Source: Myxococcota bacterium
GTDB lineage: Bacteria > Myxococcota_A > UBA796 > CAJQPC01
Reading direction: 5' to 3'
Assembly (NCBI GenBank): GCA_036012755.1
Contig: DASCPX010000129.1
Coordinates: 224,001-288,000, forward strand
DNA: 64,000 bases
Position numbers and translations under genes: made by a program
The notes under the pieces: model-generated
Told to the model about the DNA's origin: nothing
Databases searched by the model: none
The model's input: the letters and a program-made list of their open reading frames with translations, nothing else
In this document: in pieces, positions 20,522 through 30,242 of the stretch
Position numbering within the stretch: the first letter of the stretch is position 1
Layout: each line of letters starts with the position of its first letter

Positions 20522-22324
20522 TCAGTCGTCCCAGGCCCGCTTCTTCCGGATCAGGCGGGCGCTGCGTCCCGTGGAGACCAGCGCGCCCTCTTGCCCGGTG
20601 AAGATCTCTGCGGCGTTGGCCTCGTCCGTGTCGATGTGCATCTCGAGCGCGTAGCTCGCCTTTACGCGGATCAGCACGTCGCCGAAGACAAGGTCGCGAC
20701 TCTCTGTGTCGACTGCCACATCGACGACGTCGCGGTCCTTCACCCCGAAGAGCTCTGCGTCCGCGGGCGTCATGTGGATGTGGCGTCGCGCACAGATCAG
20801 CCCCTCCTTCAGTGTGAGCCGGCCTGCGGGGCCGATCAGCGTGACACCGGGGCTGTTCTTCGTGTCCCCGGAGTTGCGCACCGGGGCGTCGATGCCGAGG
20901 TAGAACTCGTCGGTCCTGCTGACCTCGACCTGGTCGCCGCTGCGGGTGGGGCCGAGCACCCTGACGCCCTCCAGGCTGCGCTTCGGACCGACCACGGTGA
21001 GGCGTTCTTTGCAGGCGAACTGGCCTGGCTGCGACAGGGGACTGTGAGGGGTGAGCTGGTGGCCTTCGCCGAAGAGGGCGTCGACGCTCTGCTGGGTCAG
21101 GTGGATGTGGCGTGCCGAGACGCCGATGGGGATGCCCCCCACCCCCGAGGGCAGCTGGTCCCGACCCTCTGCCAGCGCGGTGGTCTGGCGGGCGATCTCG
21201 GCCTCTTCGTCGGTCTTCACGACGAGCACCTTCACCCGCGAGTGGTAGTGGCTGATCTCGTAGACCGGCTCGTCGCGGGACACCTTGGCGTCCCGGTTCC
21301 GGTCCTCGTCGAGGCGAGCACCGAGGAAGTCCAGGCGCTGGCAGGCCCGGTGCCGTACGAGGGCGCTGTTCTCTCCGATGCCGGCGGTGAAGACGATGGC
21401 GTCGACGCCGCCCATCACCGTCGCGAGGGCGCCGATGTGCTTGCGGAGCCGATGCGTGAGGACGTGGAGCGCCATCCGGCAGCGCTCGTCACCATCCGCC
21501 GCCCGCTCTTCGATGTCGCGGAGGTCATTGCCGACGCAGGACAGCCCCGCCAGGCCGCTCTCGCGATTCAGGAGTCGGTCGGTCTCGTCCACGCCCAGCG
21601 CGCGCGCGAGCTCCAGGACGACGCCGGCGTCGAGGTCCCCGCAGCGGGTGCCCATGACGAGGCCCTCGAGCGGGGTCATGCCCATGGTGGTCTCGACGCT
21701 GCGTCCGTACTCGACCGCGGCAGCGCTGGCGCCGTTGCCGAGGTGGCAGGTGATGACGCGGATGTCCCCCAGGGGCTGACCGAGGTGGTCCGCGGCGGCC
21801 CTGGAGACGTAGGCGTGGGAGGTGCCGTGGAAGCCGTAGCGCCGGATGCCGCGCTCCTCTGCCAGGGCAGCTGGCAAGGCGTACATCCGCGCCCGCCTGG
21901 GCAGCGTGTTGTGGAAGGCCGTGTCGAAGACGGCGACATGGGGCAGATCGGGCAGGAGCCGCCGAGCAGCTCGAATGCCCGCGAGGTTCGCCGGGTTGTG
22001 GAGCGGGGCCAGCGGGAAGAGGCTCTCGATGGCGTCCTCGACCTCTGTGTCGATCAGGGTCGGGCGGACGAAGCGCTCGCCGCCGTGCACCACTCGATGA
22101 CCCACCGCCGAGATCGACAGGCCCTCGACCAGCTCCGGGAGGGCGCCGGCGAGGACAGCCGCGTGATCCGCTCCCGGGGCCTCTGTCATCGCCGAGCCGA
22201 TTCGCCACAAGGCGCTGTCGGTGCCGAGGCGCTCGGCGCGCAGTGAGGCCTGGCGACGACCCTCGGGATCGAGGACATCGGCCTTCAGACTCGAGCTACC
22301 GCAATTCAGGACCAGGACGTGCAC
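20522..22324 (-). CDS. ackA: Acetate/propionate kinase fused to a PduL-type phosphotransacylase
   Basis: AckA motifs LNCGSSSLK, GHRVVHGG, APLHNP, FDTAFH, YGFHGTSH, HLGNGAS, TPLEG, GIGEN; then PduL motifs VSARHIHL, LSQPGQF, RVLGP, RRHIHM, MHIDTDEANA. Confidence 0.9.
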   Translation of the reverse strand: MHVLVLNCGSSSLKADVLDPEGRRQASLRAERLGTDSALWRIGSAMTEAPGADHAAVLAGALPELVEGLSISAVGHRVVHGGERFVRPTLIDTEVEDAIESLFPLAPLHNPANLAGIRAARRLLPDLPHVAVFDTAFHNTLPRRARMYALPAALAEERGIRRYGFHGTSHAYVSRAAADHLGQPLGDIRVITCHLGNGASAAAVEYGRSVETTMGMTPLEGLVMGTRCGDLDAGVVLELARALGVDETDRLLNRESGLAGLSCVGNDLRDIEERAADGDERCRMALHVLTHRLRKHIGALATVMGGVDAIVFTAGIGENSALVRHRACQRLDFLGARLDEDRNRDAKVSRDEPVYEISHYHSRVKVLVVKTDEEAEIARQTTALAEGRDQLPSGVGGIPIGVSARHIHLTQQSVDALFGEGHQLTPHSPLSQPGQFACKERLTVVGPKRSLEGVRVLGPTRSGDQVEVSRTDEFYLGIDAPVRNSGDTKNSPGVTLIGPAGRLTLKEGLICARRHIHMTPADAELFGVKDRDVVDVAVDTESRDLVFGDVLIRVKASYALEMHIDTDEANAAEIFTGQEGALVSTGRSARLIRKKRAWDD

Positions 22325-22363
22325 GACTCACCCTCCGATGGACAAGTGATAAGTACTTGCCCG

Positions 22364-23215
22364 GTGGACTACCAGCCCCCATCCGAGCTCGAGATCCGAA
22401 TCTACCGGCGGCTGCTGAAGCCCTGGCGCACGCTGCTGGATCCCCAGTTCCTGAACATGGACCGGATCCCGACCCAGAGCCCTGGGCCGCTCTTGTTCAT
22501 CGGGAACCACACGCTCTACGGCCTGCTGGATGTCCCCCATCTCTACATGGAGCTCCTCCAGAACCACGGCATCGCCTTGCGCTCGATGGGGGACCACGCG
22601 CACTTCCGCATGCCCGGGTGGAGTGAGTTCCTTCAGCGTTTCGGCGCGGTCGACGGCACGCCAGAGGTCTGCGACGACCTCCTCGGCAAGGGCGAGGCCG
22701 TCCTCATCTTCCCCGGTGGCGCGCGCGAGGTCGCCAAGCGCAAGGGCGAGAAGTACACGCTGGTGTGGAAGGAGCGCTTCGGCTTCGTGAAGGCCGCCAT
22801 CCGGCACGGCTGCACCATCATCCCCTTCGCGATGCTCGGCGGCGACGACGCCTGGGACATCGTCTGGGACGCAGAGGACCTCCAGGAGAGCCCCTTCGCC
22901 GGCCTCGTGAACGCCTGCTACGAGGCCTTCGACGTGCCCCTGGACTCCATGGTCCCCATCGCAAAGGGCCTTGGCCCCTCGATGCTGCCCAAGCCGGTGC
23001 GGCTGTACTTCTCCTTGGCCGAGCCCATCGACGCCCGGGCCTGGGCCGGACGCGAGGACGACCAGGGAGCCCTCACAGAGCTCCGGGACCTCGTCGCCGA
23101 TGGGATCTACGGCGAGCTCGACCGGCTCGTCGTCCAGCGGAAGTGGGATCCGCCGGTGTCCTTGAGACGACGGCTCATCGAGCGGCTGTTGCGCTCCCGG
23201 ATCGGCAGGCGCTGA
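22364..23215 (+). CDS. Lysophospholipid/DAG acyltransferase family protein
   Basis: GNHTLYGLLD, FPGGARE, GFVKAA; start uncertain (GTG 22346 or 22364). Confidence 0.8.
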   Translation: MDYQPPSELEIRIYRRLLKPWRTLLDPQFLNMDRIPTQSPGPLLFIGNHTLYGLLDVPHLYMELLQNHGIALRSMGDHAHFRMPGWSEFLQRFGAVDGTPEVCDDLLGKGEAVLIFPGGAREVAKRKGEKYTLVWKERFGFVKAAIRHGCTIIPFAMLGGDDAWDIVWDAEDLQESPFAGLVNACYEAFDVPLDSMVPIAKGLGPSMLPKPVRLYFSLAEPIDARAWAGREDDQGALTELRDLVADGIYGELDRLVVQRKWDPPVSLRRRLIERLLRSRIGRR

Positions 23216-23284
23216 ACGGGGGCGCCGGTTGTCGGCATTCGCCGCTTGGATGGGCTAGATTACGCGCCAGCCAGGAGACCGGCC

Positions 23285-25612
23285 ATGTCCATCGTCAGTT
23301 CGTTGCTGCTCCTCCCGCTGCTCGGCTGTGATCCCAGCAGCAAGGACCTCGATGGTGACGGATTCGTCGGGGCAGAAGACTGCGACGACGACGACGCGGC
23401 GGTGCACCCGGACGCGGACGAGGTCTGCGACGGCATCGACAACAACTGCACCGGAGCGCTGGACGGGGGTGACGCCACCGACGCGACCCTCTGGTACGCG
23501 GACGCAGATGGTGACGGCTACGGGGGCGACGCGTTGACTGCGCTCGGGTGTGCCCAGCCCGAGGGCTACCTCGCCGAGCTCGAGGACTGCGACGACCTCG
23601 ACGCCTCCGTGAACCCCGACGGCTCCGAGCTCTGCGACGGCGTCGACAACGACTGTGACGGGTTGGTCGACGACGACGATGACAGCGTCGATCTCTCCAG
23701 CGCCACCCTGTGGTACGCCGACGGCGACGGTGACGGCTACGGCACTGACGAGACGGTCGAGGCTTGTGGTCAGCCAGAGGACTACGCGCCGGAGGGTGGT
23801 GACTGCGACGACGAGGACGCCGATGTCTCGCCAGCGAACGAGTGGTACGCGGACCGCGACGGTGACGGCTTCGGCGACGACGAGACGGTCGAGACAGCCT
23901 GCGAAGGCCCCACCGGCTTCATCGACGTGGCGGGGGACTGCAACGACGTCGACCCGGCGATCAACCCCGACGCCACAGAGGTCTGTGGGGGCGAGGACGA
24001 GGACTGTGACGGGCTCGTCGACGACGACGACGACAGCACGGACCCGAGCAGCCGCACGGACTGGTATCGGGACGACGACGCAGACGGCTACGGCGACGAG
24101 GACGGCGCCGCCGCGGCCCAGTGCGAGGCGCCGGAGAGCTGGGTCGGAAACAGCGACGACTGTGACGACACCAGCGCTGACGTGAGCCCGGCGGAGACGG
24201 AGATCTGCGACGACGGCGTCGACAACGACTGCTCCGGCGACTCCCCCGAGTGCGGCATCCAGGGTGAGCTCGACGTCAGCGCCGCCGACATCACCATCAC
24301 CAACACCGGTTCCCAGTACGACTACTTCGGTCGGAGCATGGCGGTGGCCGACTTCGACGGGGACGGGAGCGCAGATGTGGCAGCCAGCGCCTATGGCTAT
24401 GACGGCTCAGCCGGCAACGCGAGCGGTGGGGTCTATGTCTTCAGCGGGCCCACGACCTCGATTGACGCCTCGGCGGCAGACGCGCTGCTCGAGGGCGAGG
24501 ACAGCTCGAACTACCTGGGTCTGGCAGGTCTGGCCGCGGCGGACTTCGACCAGGATGGCTACGACGACCTCGTGATGGGGGCCTACGGAAACGACGACGC
24601 GGCAGCGAACGCCGGAGCCCTGTACATCGCCTACGGTTCCGCCAGCGGCACCTCCAGCGGCAGCGTGGACGGTCTCGCCCAGCTGACCGGAAACGGCAGC
24701 GGCGACGATCTCGGCTACAGCGTCGCCTACGCCGGGGACATCGACGGCGACACCTTCCCGGACTTCGTCGCGGGCGCGCCATTCGACGACGACGAGGGCT
24801 CGAGCTCCGGCTCGCTCTTCCTGGTGCTCGGCTCCGGTACGCGCCTCAGCGGCACCACCAACATCAGCAGTGAGGCGGTGGCCCAGTGGACCGGCTCCGA
24901 CACCTACCACTACGTCGGCCACATCGGCTCGGGCGGAGAGGCGGGTGATCTCGACGGTGACGGCTTCGACGAGCTCGTCATCGGCGCCGGTGATGCCTAC
25001 TCCGACTACGGCGGTGTCTTCCTCCACTACGGCTCGGGGACGGTCGGCTCCGGCACGATCGACGACGCTGACGCCGGCTTCCAGGGGGCGGCCCTGTACG
25101 GCTACTTCGGGGATGCCTGGGCCAGCACCGGCGATCTCGACGACGACGGCTACGCCGACATGCTCGTCGGCGCCTACCTCGACGACGGCGGCGGCACGGC
25201 CTACGTCCTCGCAGGCAGCACGACGGCGTACTCGGGCGAGTACGAGATCGTCGACGCGGCCTGGGCCTCGTTCCTGGGCGACACCTACTACGACAGCGTC
25301 GGGTCGTCGGTCGCCGCTGGGGACCTCGACGGTGACGGTGACGACGACCTGGCGATCGGCGCGCCCCTCACGGACGCCGACGGCAGCAACGACGGCACGA
25401 TCTACGTCTTCTACGGGCCGCTCTCCGGCGGAGAGCAGGAGGCCGCCGACGCGGACGCCACGATCGACGGTGACGAGTGCTACCTCGGCTATCGGGGCTC
25501 GCTCGAACTGTACGACGTCAGCGGCGACGGCATCGATGATGTCGTGGTCGGTGGCTACCAGGCGAACAGCTCCTACGGCGCCGCCTACATCTTCAACGGG
25601 CAAGGCATGTAG
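23285..25612 (+). CDS. Lipoprotein with MopE-like repeats and FG-GAP (integrin-alpha-like) propeller
   Basis: LLGC lipobox; WYADADGDGYG/DCDD/E.CDG.DN.C repeats; GDLDGDG..D...GA repeats; AGGAG RBS. Confidence 0.85.
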   Translation: MSIVSSLLLLPLLGCDPSSKDLDGDGFVGAEDCDDDDAAVHPDADEVCDGIDNNCTGALDGGDATDATLWYADADGDGYGGDALTALGCAQPEGYLAELEDCDDLDASVNPDGSELCDGVDNDCDGLVDDDDDSVDLSSATLWYADGDGDGYGTDETVEACGQPEDYAPEGGDCDDEDADVSPANEWYADRDGDGFGDDETVETACEGPTGFIDVAGDCNDVDPAINPDATEVCGGEDEDCDGLVDDDDDSTDPSSRTDWYRDDDADGYGDEDGAAAAQCEAPESWVGNSDDCDDTSADVSPAETEICDDGVDNDCSGDSPECGIQGELDVSAADITITNTGSQYDYFGRSMAVADFDGDGSADVAASAYGYDGSAGNASGGVYVFSGPTTSIDASAADALLEGEDSSNYLGLAGLAAADFDQDGYDDLVMGAYGNDDAAANAGALYIAYGSASGTSSGSVDGLAQLTGNGSGDDLGYSVAYAGDIDGDTFPDFVAGAPFDDDEGSSSGSLFLVLGSGTRLSGTTNISSEAVAQWTGSDTYHYVGHIGSGGEAGDLDGDGFDELVIGAGDAYSDYGGVFLHYGSGTVGSGTIDDADAGFQGAALYGYFGDAWASTGDLDDDGYADMLVGAYLDDGGGTAYVLAGSTTAYSGEYEIVDAAWASFLGDTYYDSVGSSVAAGDLDGDGDDDLAIGAPLTDADGSNDGTIYVFYGPLSGGEQEAADADATIDGDECYLGYRGSLELYDVSGDGIDDVVVGGYQANSSYGAAYIFNGQGM

Positions 25613-25631
25613 GCCCCTCTCGGAGAGAGAC

Positions 25632-27923
25632 ATGTTTGGAACGACCATCGGGTTGTTGGCGCTCTTGGCTTGCAACCCCGACAACAAGGACCTCGACGAC
25701 GACGGCTTCCTGGGCGCAGAGGACTGCGACGACGACGACGCAGCGGTGAACCCCGACGCCGCAGAGGTCTGTGATGGCGTCGACAACGACTGCGACGGCG
25801 GCATCGACAACGGCGCGACCGACGCGGCGACCTGGTACGCGGACGCAGACGGCGACGGCCACGGGGGCACCTTGACCCTGCTCGGCTGTGAGCAGCCCGC
25901 CCGCTACCTCGAGACCTCGGATGACTGCGATGACCTCGATGCCACGGTCAGCCCGTCGGGCTCCGAGATCTGCGATGGCATCGACAACGACTGCGACGAG
26001 TTGATCGACGGCGACGACGACTCGGTTGATCTGACCAGCGCGGGCACGTGGTACGCGGACATCGACGACGACGGCTACGGGACCGACGACAACAGCTCCG
26101 TCTCCTGCGACCAGCCTGCTGGCTACGTCGCCCTTGGCGGCGACTGCAATGACGACAACTCGAACATCAATCCCGCCACCGAGTGGCACGAGGATCTCGA
26201 CGGCGACGGCTACGGCTCCTCGTACTACTACCTCGAGGCCTGCGAGCCACCGGGCAGCGGCTACGTGCACGACGGGCGAGACTGTGACGACCTCGACGAG
26301 ACGGTGAACCCAGATGGGCTCGAGGTCTGTGACGACTCCGACAACGACTGCGACGGCCTGTGGAACGACGACGACGACAGCGTCGACGTCACCACCATGA
26401 GCGACTGGTTCGTCGACGGTGACGGTGACGGCTACGGCGACGAGGACGCGGCGCCGGTCACCCAGTGCGCTCAGCCCAGCGCCTCGGTGGCCGACAACTC
26501 GGACTGTGACGACACCGAAGCTGGCATGAACCCTGGCGAGGCAGAAGTATGCAACGACGGGGTCGACAACGACTGCAGCGGAGACGCCTCTGAGTGCGGG
26601 CTGGGTGAGTCCGATCTCGGGGACGCGGACGTCAGCGGCGTGGGCGAGGCCACCTCCGACTACTACGGCCGGGACGTCGCGGTGCTGGACTTCGACGGAG
26701 ACGGCGCAAACGACGTCTTCGCCGGTGCCCACGGCAACGACGAGAACGCCAGCTCCGCTGGCCGGGTCTACATCACATACGGACCGATGACCAACCTCGA
26801 CGCAGTCTCGGCGGACGTCACCTTCTCGGGCGACTCCAGCAGCGACTACGCGGGCTGGCGGGTCGAGAGCGCTGGAGACGTCGACGACGACGGCGCTGAC
26901 GACGCCCTCGTCGGGGGCTACTACGCGGGCTACGGCTACGGCGCGGTCTGGCTCGCGTACGGCGGCACGACCAGCGGGGACCTGGACGATCTCGCCGCCG
27001 TCTGGGAGGGCGAGTCCTACCTTGACTACCTGGGTCACGGCATCGCAGGCATCGGGGATTTGAATGCGGATGGCTTCGACGACATCGCGTTCTCGGCTCC
27101 GAGGGACGACACGGACGCCACCAACGGCGGTGTCGTGTTCGTGGTCTATGGCAGCGCCTCGGCGCTGAGCGGGACCCAGGACCTCGGCGACGCTGATCTG
27201 AGCATCTGGGGTCAGACCTCCCAGGGCGACCTGGGCTACGAGATGGGGATCGGGGGTGGCGACCTCGACGGCGATGGCGCCTCCGACCTGGCGATCTCGG
27301 AAGGCTCCAGCTCCGTGGACCCGGGCACGCTCTACCTCTTCTACGGCAGCGCCTCCGCCTCCATCATTTCCCCCGATGACGCGGACGCGTTCTTCGAGGG
27401 TCAGGAGTACTCCTTCGGTCGCAACGCCCAGCTGAGCTACGACTTCGACGATGACGGCTACAACGACCTCGCCGCCGCGGACCGCTACCGCAGCTCCTAC
27501 AGGGGCGCGATCTACGTCTACCAGGGCTCGGCCAGCGGCTTCAGCGGCAGCTACGGCAGCTCGGACGCCTTCGCGGACTTTGGCGGCGACTCCACCTACG
27601 ACTACCTCGGCTACGACGTCTCTGCGGGCGACCTCGACGGGGACGGAGTCACGGATCTCGCGGCCGGGGCCTATGGCGTGGACGACAGCAGCGACTACAG
27701 TCTCGGCGCGGTCTACGTCTTCAGCGGCCCGTTCAGCGGCGGCTCCGTGCTGGCCGCTGACGCCGACGCCTCCGTCCTCGGGGACGAGTCCTACGGCTAC
27801 TTCGGCACCGACGCGGCCGTCGGTGACCTCGACGGCGACGGCACCGACGATCTGCTCAGCGGCGCCAGGGGCATCGACGGCTCCAAGGGCGCCGTGTACG
27901 TGTTCTACGGTGGCGGCATCTGA
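25632..27923 (+). CDS. Paralogous MopE-like plus FG-GAP lipoprotein
   Basis: ATG 25632 (MFGTTIGLLALLAC); same architecture as the upstream gene. Confidence 0.85.
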   Translation: MFGTTIGLLALLACNPDNKDLDDDGFLGAEDCDDDDAAVNPDAAEVCDGVDNDCDGGIDNGATDAATWYADADGDGHGGTLTLLGCEQPARYLETSDDCDDLDATVSPSGSEICDGIDNDCDELIDGDDDSVDLTSAGTWYADIDDDGYGTDDNSSVSCDQPAGYVALGGDCNDDNSNINPATEWHEDLDGDGYGSSYYYLEACEPPGSGYVHDGRDCDDLDETVNPDGLEVCDDSDNDCDGLWNDDDDSVDVTTMSDWFVDGDGDGYGDEDAAPVTQCAQPSASVADNSDCDDTEAGMNPGEAEVCNDGVDNDCSGDASECGLGESDLGDADVSGVGEATSDYYGRDVAVLDFDGDGANDVFAGAHGNDENASSAGRVYITYGPMTNLDAVSADVTFSGDSSSDYAGWRVESAGDVDDDGADDALVGGYYAGYGYGAVWLAYGGTTSGDLDDLAAVWEGESYLDYLGHGIAGIGDLNADGFDDIAFSAPRDDTDATNGGVVFVVYGSASALSGTQDLGDADLSIWGQTSQGDLGYEMGIGGGDLDGDGASDLAISEGSSSVDPGTLYLFYGSASASIISPDDADAFFEGQEYSFGRNAQLSYDFDDDGYNDLAAADRYRSSYRGAIYVYQGSASGFSGSYGSSDAFADFGGDSTYDYLGYDVSAGDLDGDGVTDLAAGAYGVDDSSDYSLGAVYVFSGPFSGGSVLAADADASVLGDESYGYFGTDAAVGDLDGDGTDDLLSGARGIDGSKGAVYVFYGGGI

Positions 27924-29230
27924 CCCTGGTTCCGATCCCGCTCGATCTGCCTCCCCACACGGCCCAGGTCATCGCCGGCGATGTCGACGGTGACGGGCTC
28001 CACGAGGTGGTGCTCGTCGCTCGGGAGCCGCAGGACGGGGCTCCCGACACAGTCACGCTGACGATGGTGCATCTCGGCAGGGATGGACGCATCGAGGGCC
28101 GGGAGGAGGTCGCGCTGGGCAACCGTCTGCAGCGGTTCCATGCCGGGGAGGGAGGCCTCTATATCGAAGACGAACGGGGAGTGTCGCTGGGGGACGAGCG
28201 TCTCGTCGAGGTCCGCGGTGATCTCGTCGGGCTCGGCCCGGGGACCCCTCGGCCGACGAAGATCGTGCGGGATCTCGGCGCGGGCCGATGGGTCGTGCTG
28301 GAGGCGGACGGCTGGCTGCGCGCGACCACCCTCGACGGAGAGCCCCGGGGACAGATCCGCTCTCCAGGCACCGCGGTCCTGGGGAACGACCACAGCCAGG
28401 GCGGAGACACGCGCGAGGTGACCGTGCGCGGCCCCACGACGGCCTGGGCCGACCTCGACGGGGACGGCTTCATCGACGTGCTTCGACCTGGCGGGACCTC
28501 GCTGGGGGTCTTCTTCACCACGCCAGAAGGCATCGGGACGCGCGAGGCCACCTGGGAGCTGCCGTACGAGCTCTTCAGCCGTGACGAGGACGACGACGCA
28601 GAGAACTTCCGCTGGATCACCGACGTGCACTTCTCGGACATCGACGGCGACGGGCGCGACGATCTGCTGGTGCACTTCATCGTGAGCGACTCGGGGTTCT
28701 TTGGGAGCACCGGCGAGATCCAGTGGTTCCTGAACACCGGGGCCGGCTTCGAGGAGCAGCAGACCCTGACCATGGGGTCCGCTTCCGGCGAGAGTTACCT
28801 GCGCGACGTCGACGGGGACGGTGACCGGGACCTGCTCGTCGCCCAGGTCGACATCAGCTTCGCCAACGCCGCCCAGGCGCTGGTGAGCAAGAGCATCACG
28901 GTCCAGTTCGTGGCGTTCGCCTTCGACGAGACCTTCGCGACCGAGCCCCGGGTGCTGCGCGAGGTCCGCGTCTCGCTAGAGAACTTCGACGTCGCCTGGT
29001 CGATGGACGAGGACATCTCGGGCGACGGCATCGAGGACCCGGTGATCTACGAGGACGGCGAGGTCATCGTCTTCGCCAGCGAGGAGGGGGTCTTCGTCGA
29101 GACCCACCGCTGGAGGGTGGCCCACGACGTCAGCGAGCTCACCGTCGCCGATCTCACCGGAGACGGCAGGCCGGAGATCATCGCCTGGGCTCCGGGCGAG
29201 GAGCGCGCGACGATCCTCGTCCTGGACTGA
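27920..29230 (+). CDS. FG-GAP/VCBS repeat protein (start probably upstream of 28007)
   Basis: DLDGDG/DIDGDG/DVDGDG repeats; one repeat (GDVDGDGLHEV) lies upstream of the first GTG. Confidence 0.7.
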   Translation: MTLVPIPLDLPPHTAQVIAGDVDGDGLHEVVLVAREPQDGAPDTVTLTMVHLGRDGRIEGREEVALGNRLQRFHAGEGGLYIEDERGVSLGDERLVEVRGDLVGLGPGTPRPTKIVRDLGAGRWVVLEADGWLRATTLDGEPRGQIRSPGTAVLGNDHSQGGDTREVTVRGPTTAWADLDGDGFIDVLRPGGTSLGVFFTTPEGIGTREATWELPYELFSRDEDDDAENFRWITDVHFSDIDGDGRDDLLVHFIVSDSGFFGSTGEIQWFLNTGAGFEEQQTLTMGSASGESYLRDVDGDGDRDLLVAQVDISFANAAQALVSKSITVQFVAFAFDETFATEPRVLREVRVSLENFDVAWSMDEDISGDGIEDPVIYEDGEVIVFASEEGVFVETHRWRVAHDVSELTVADLTGDGRPEIIAWAPGEERATILVLD

Positions 29231-29433
29231 CGGCCGGGTGGTCGTGAGCGCCGCGTTCACCCGCGAGGCAGCCAATGAGGAGGAGGTCGAGAGACATGAC
29301 CCATCTTCGGCCAGGTGAGCGCTGAGCGCGATCAATGCTAATCCGGACCTGCCCGCATCACGGCGGACCAGACACACCAGCGAGCGGCCTCGTTGGCCAC
29401 GGCTGGACGCCGGACTGGTAGCCCAGGAGACAC

Positions 29434-29604
29434 ATGACCAGGTTCCTCATCAAGGACAGCGACGACCTGCTCTCCTTCTGCAAGTGCGACACCGGGCTCG
29501 TCGGAGTCCCGGGCCAGCTGGACTGCCCCTGGTGCGGCTGTGGCTGGATGCTCAGCTGCATCGACTGCCGGAAGAGCTTCGTCTTCGCACGATGTCCGAG
29601 GTGA
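29434..29604 (+). CDS. 56-aa Cys-rich peptide, possibly a truncated gene
   Basis: AGGAGA RBS then MTRFLIKDSDDLLSFCKCDTGLVGVPGQLDCPWCGCGWMLSCIDCRKSFVFARCPR. Confidence 0.55.
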   Translation: MTRFLIKDSDDLLSFCKCDTGLVGVPGQLDCPWCGCGWMLSCIDCRKSFVFARCPR

Positions 29605-30242
29605 TCTCCGAGGTGCACAGGGCAAGCAAGGGCAACCGTTGGCAGCCGAGCGCTACGGGCTGGACCTTCCGGGGTCTCATCGACGCCTTTCATCGGGTCT
29701 GTGAGGCGGTGGCCTACGCCCACAGCCGGGGGGTGGTGCACCGGGATCTCAAGCCTGCCAACGTCATGCTGGGCAACCACGGTGAGGTGCAGGTGGTGGA
29801 CTGGGGTCTGGCGAAGGTGGGAGGTCGGCCGGACCTGGCGGCGGAAGCTGGTGACCTCGATCCGGTTGTGACCGATCGGTCCCAGGACGATTCGCAGGCC
29901 ACGCACATGGGCGCTGTGACGGGCACGCCGGCGTACATGCCGCCCGAGCAGGCACGAGGTGAGATCGACCAGATCGATGCCCGGTCGGACGTGTACTCGC
30001 TGGGCGCCCTGCTGTACGAGATCCTGAGCGGACGCGTTCCGTACGAGGCGGCAAGTGGGTCGGCCGTGCTTGGTATGGTCAAGGCCGGCCCGCCCAAGCC
30101 ACCAGGCCGGGTGGTGGGGCTGGCCGACACCTTCAGCTGGCTCAGGCCCGAGGCGCGAAACGCTCCCACGAGCTTCCGCCGCTGCGGCGCCGAGCACCGG
30201 GTTCGCTTGGACATGTTCTGCCTCCTCCGAACCTCTACGTGA
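29592..30242 (+). pseudogene. Ser/Thr kinase fragment (C-lobe only)
   Basis: HRDLKPAN, DWGLAK, GTPAYMPPEQ, DVYSLG present; Gly-rich loop and VAIK lysine absent; C-terminus loses kinase character. Confidence 0.7.
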
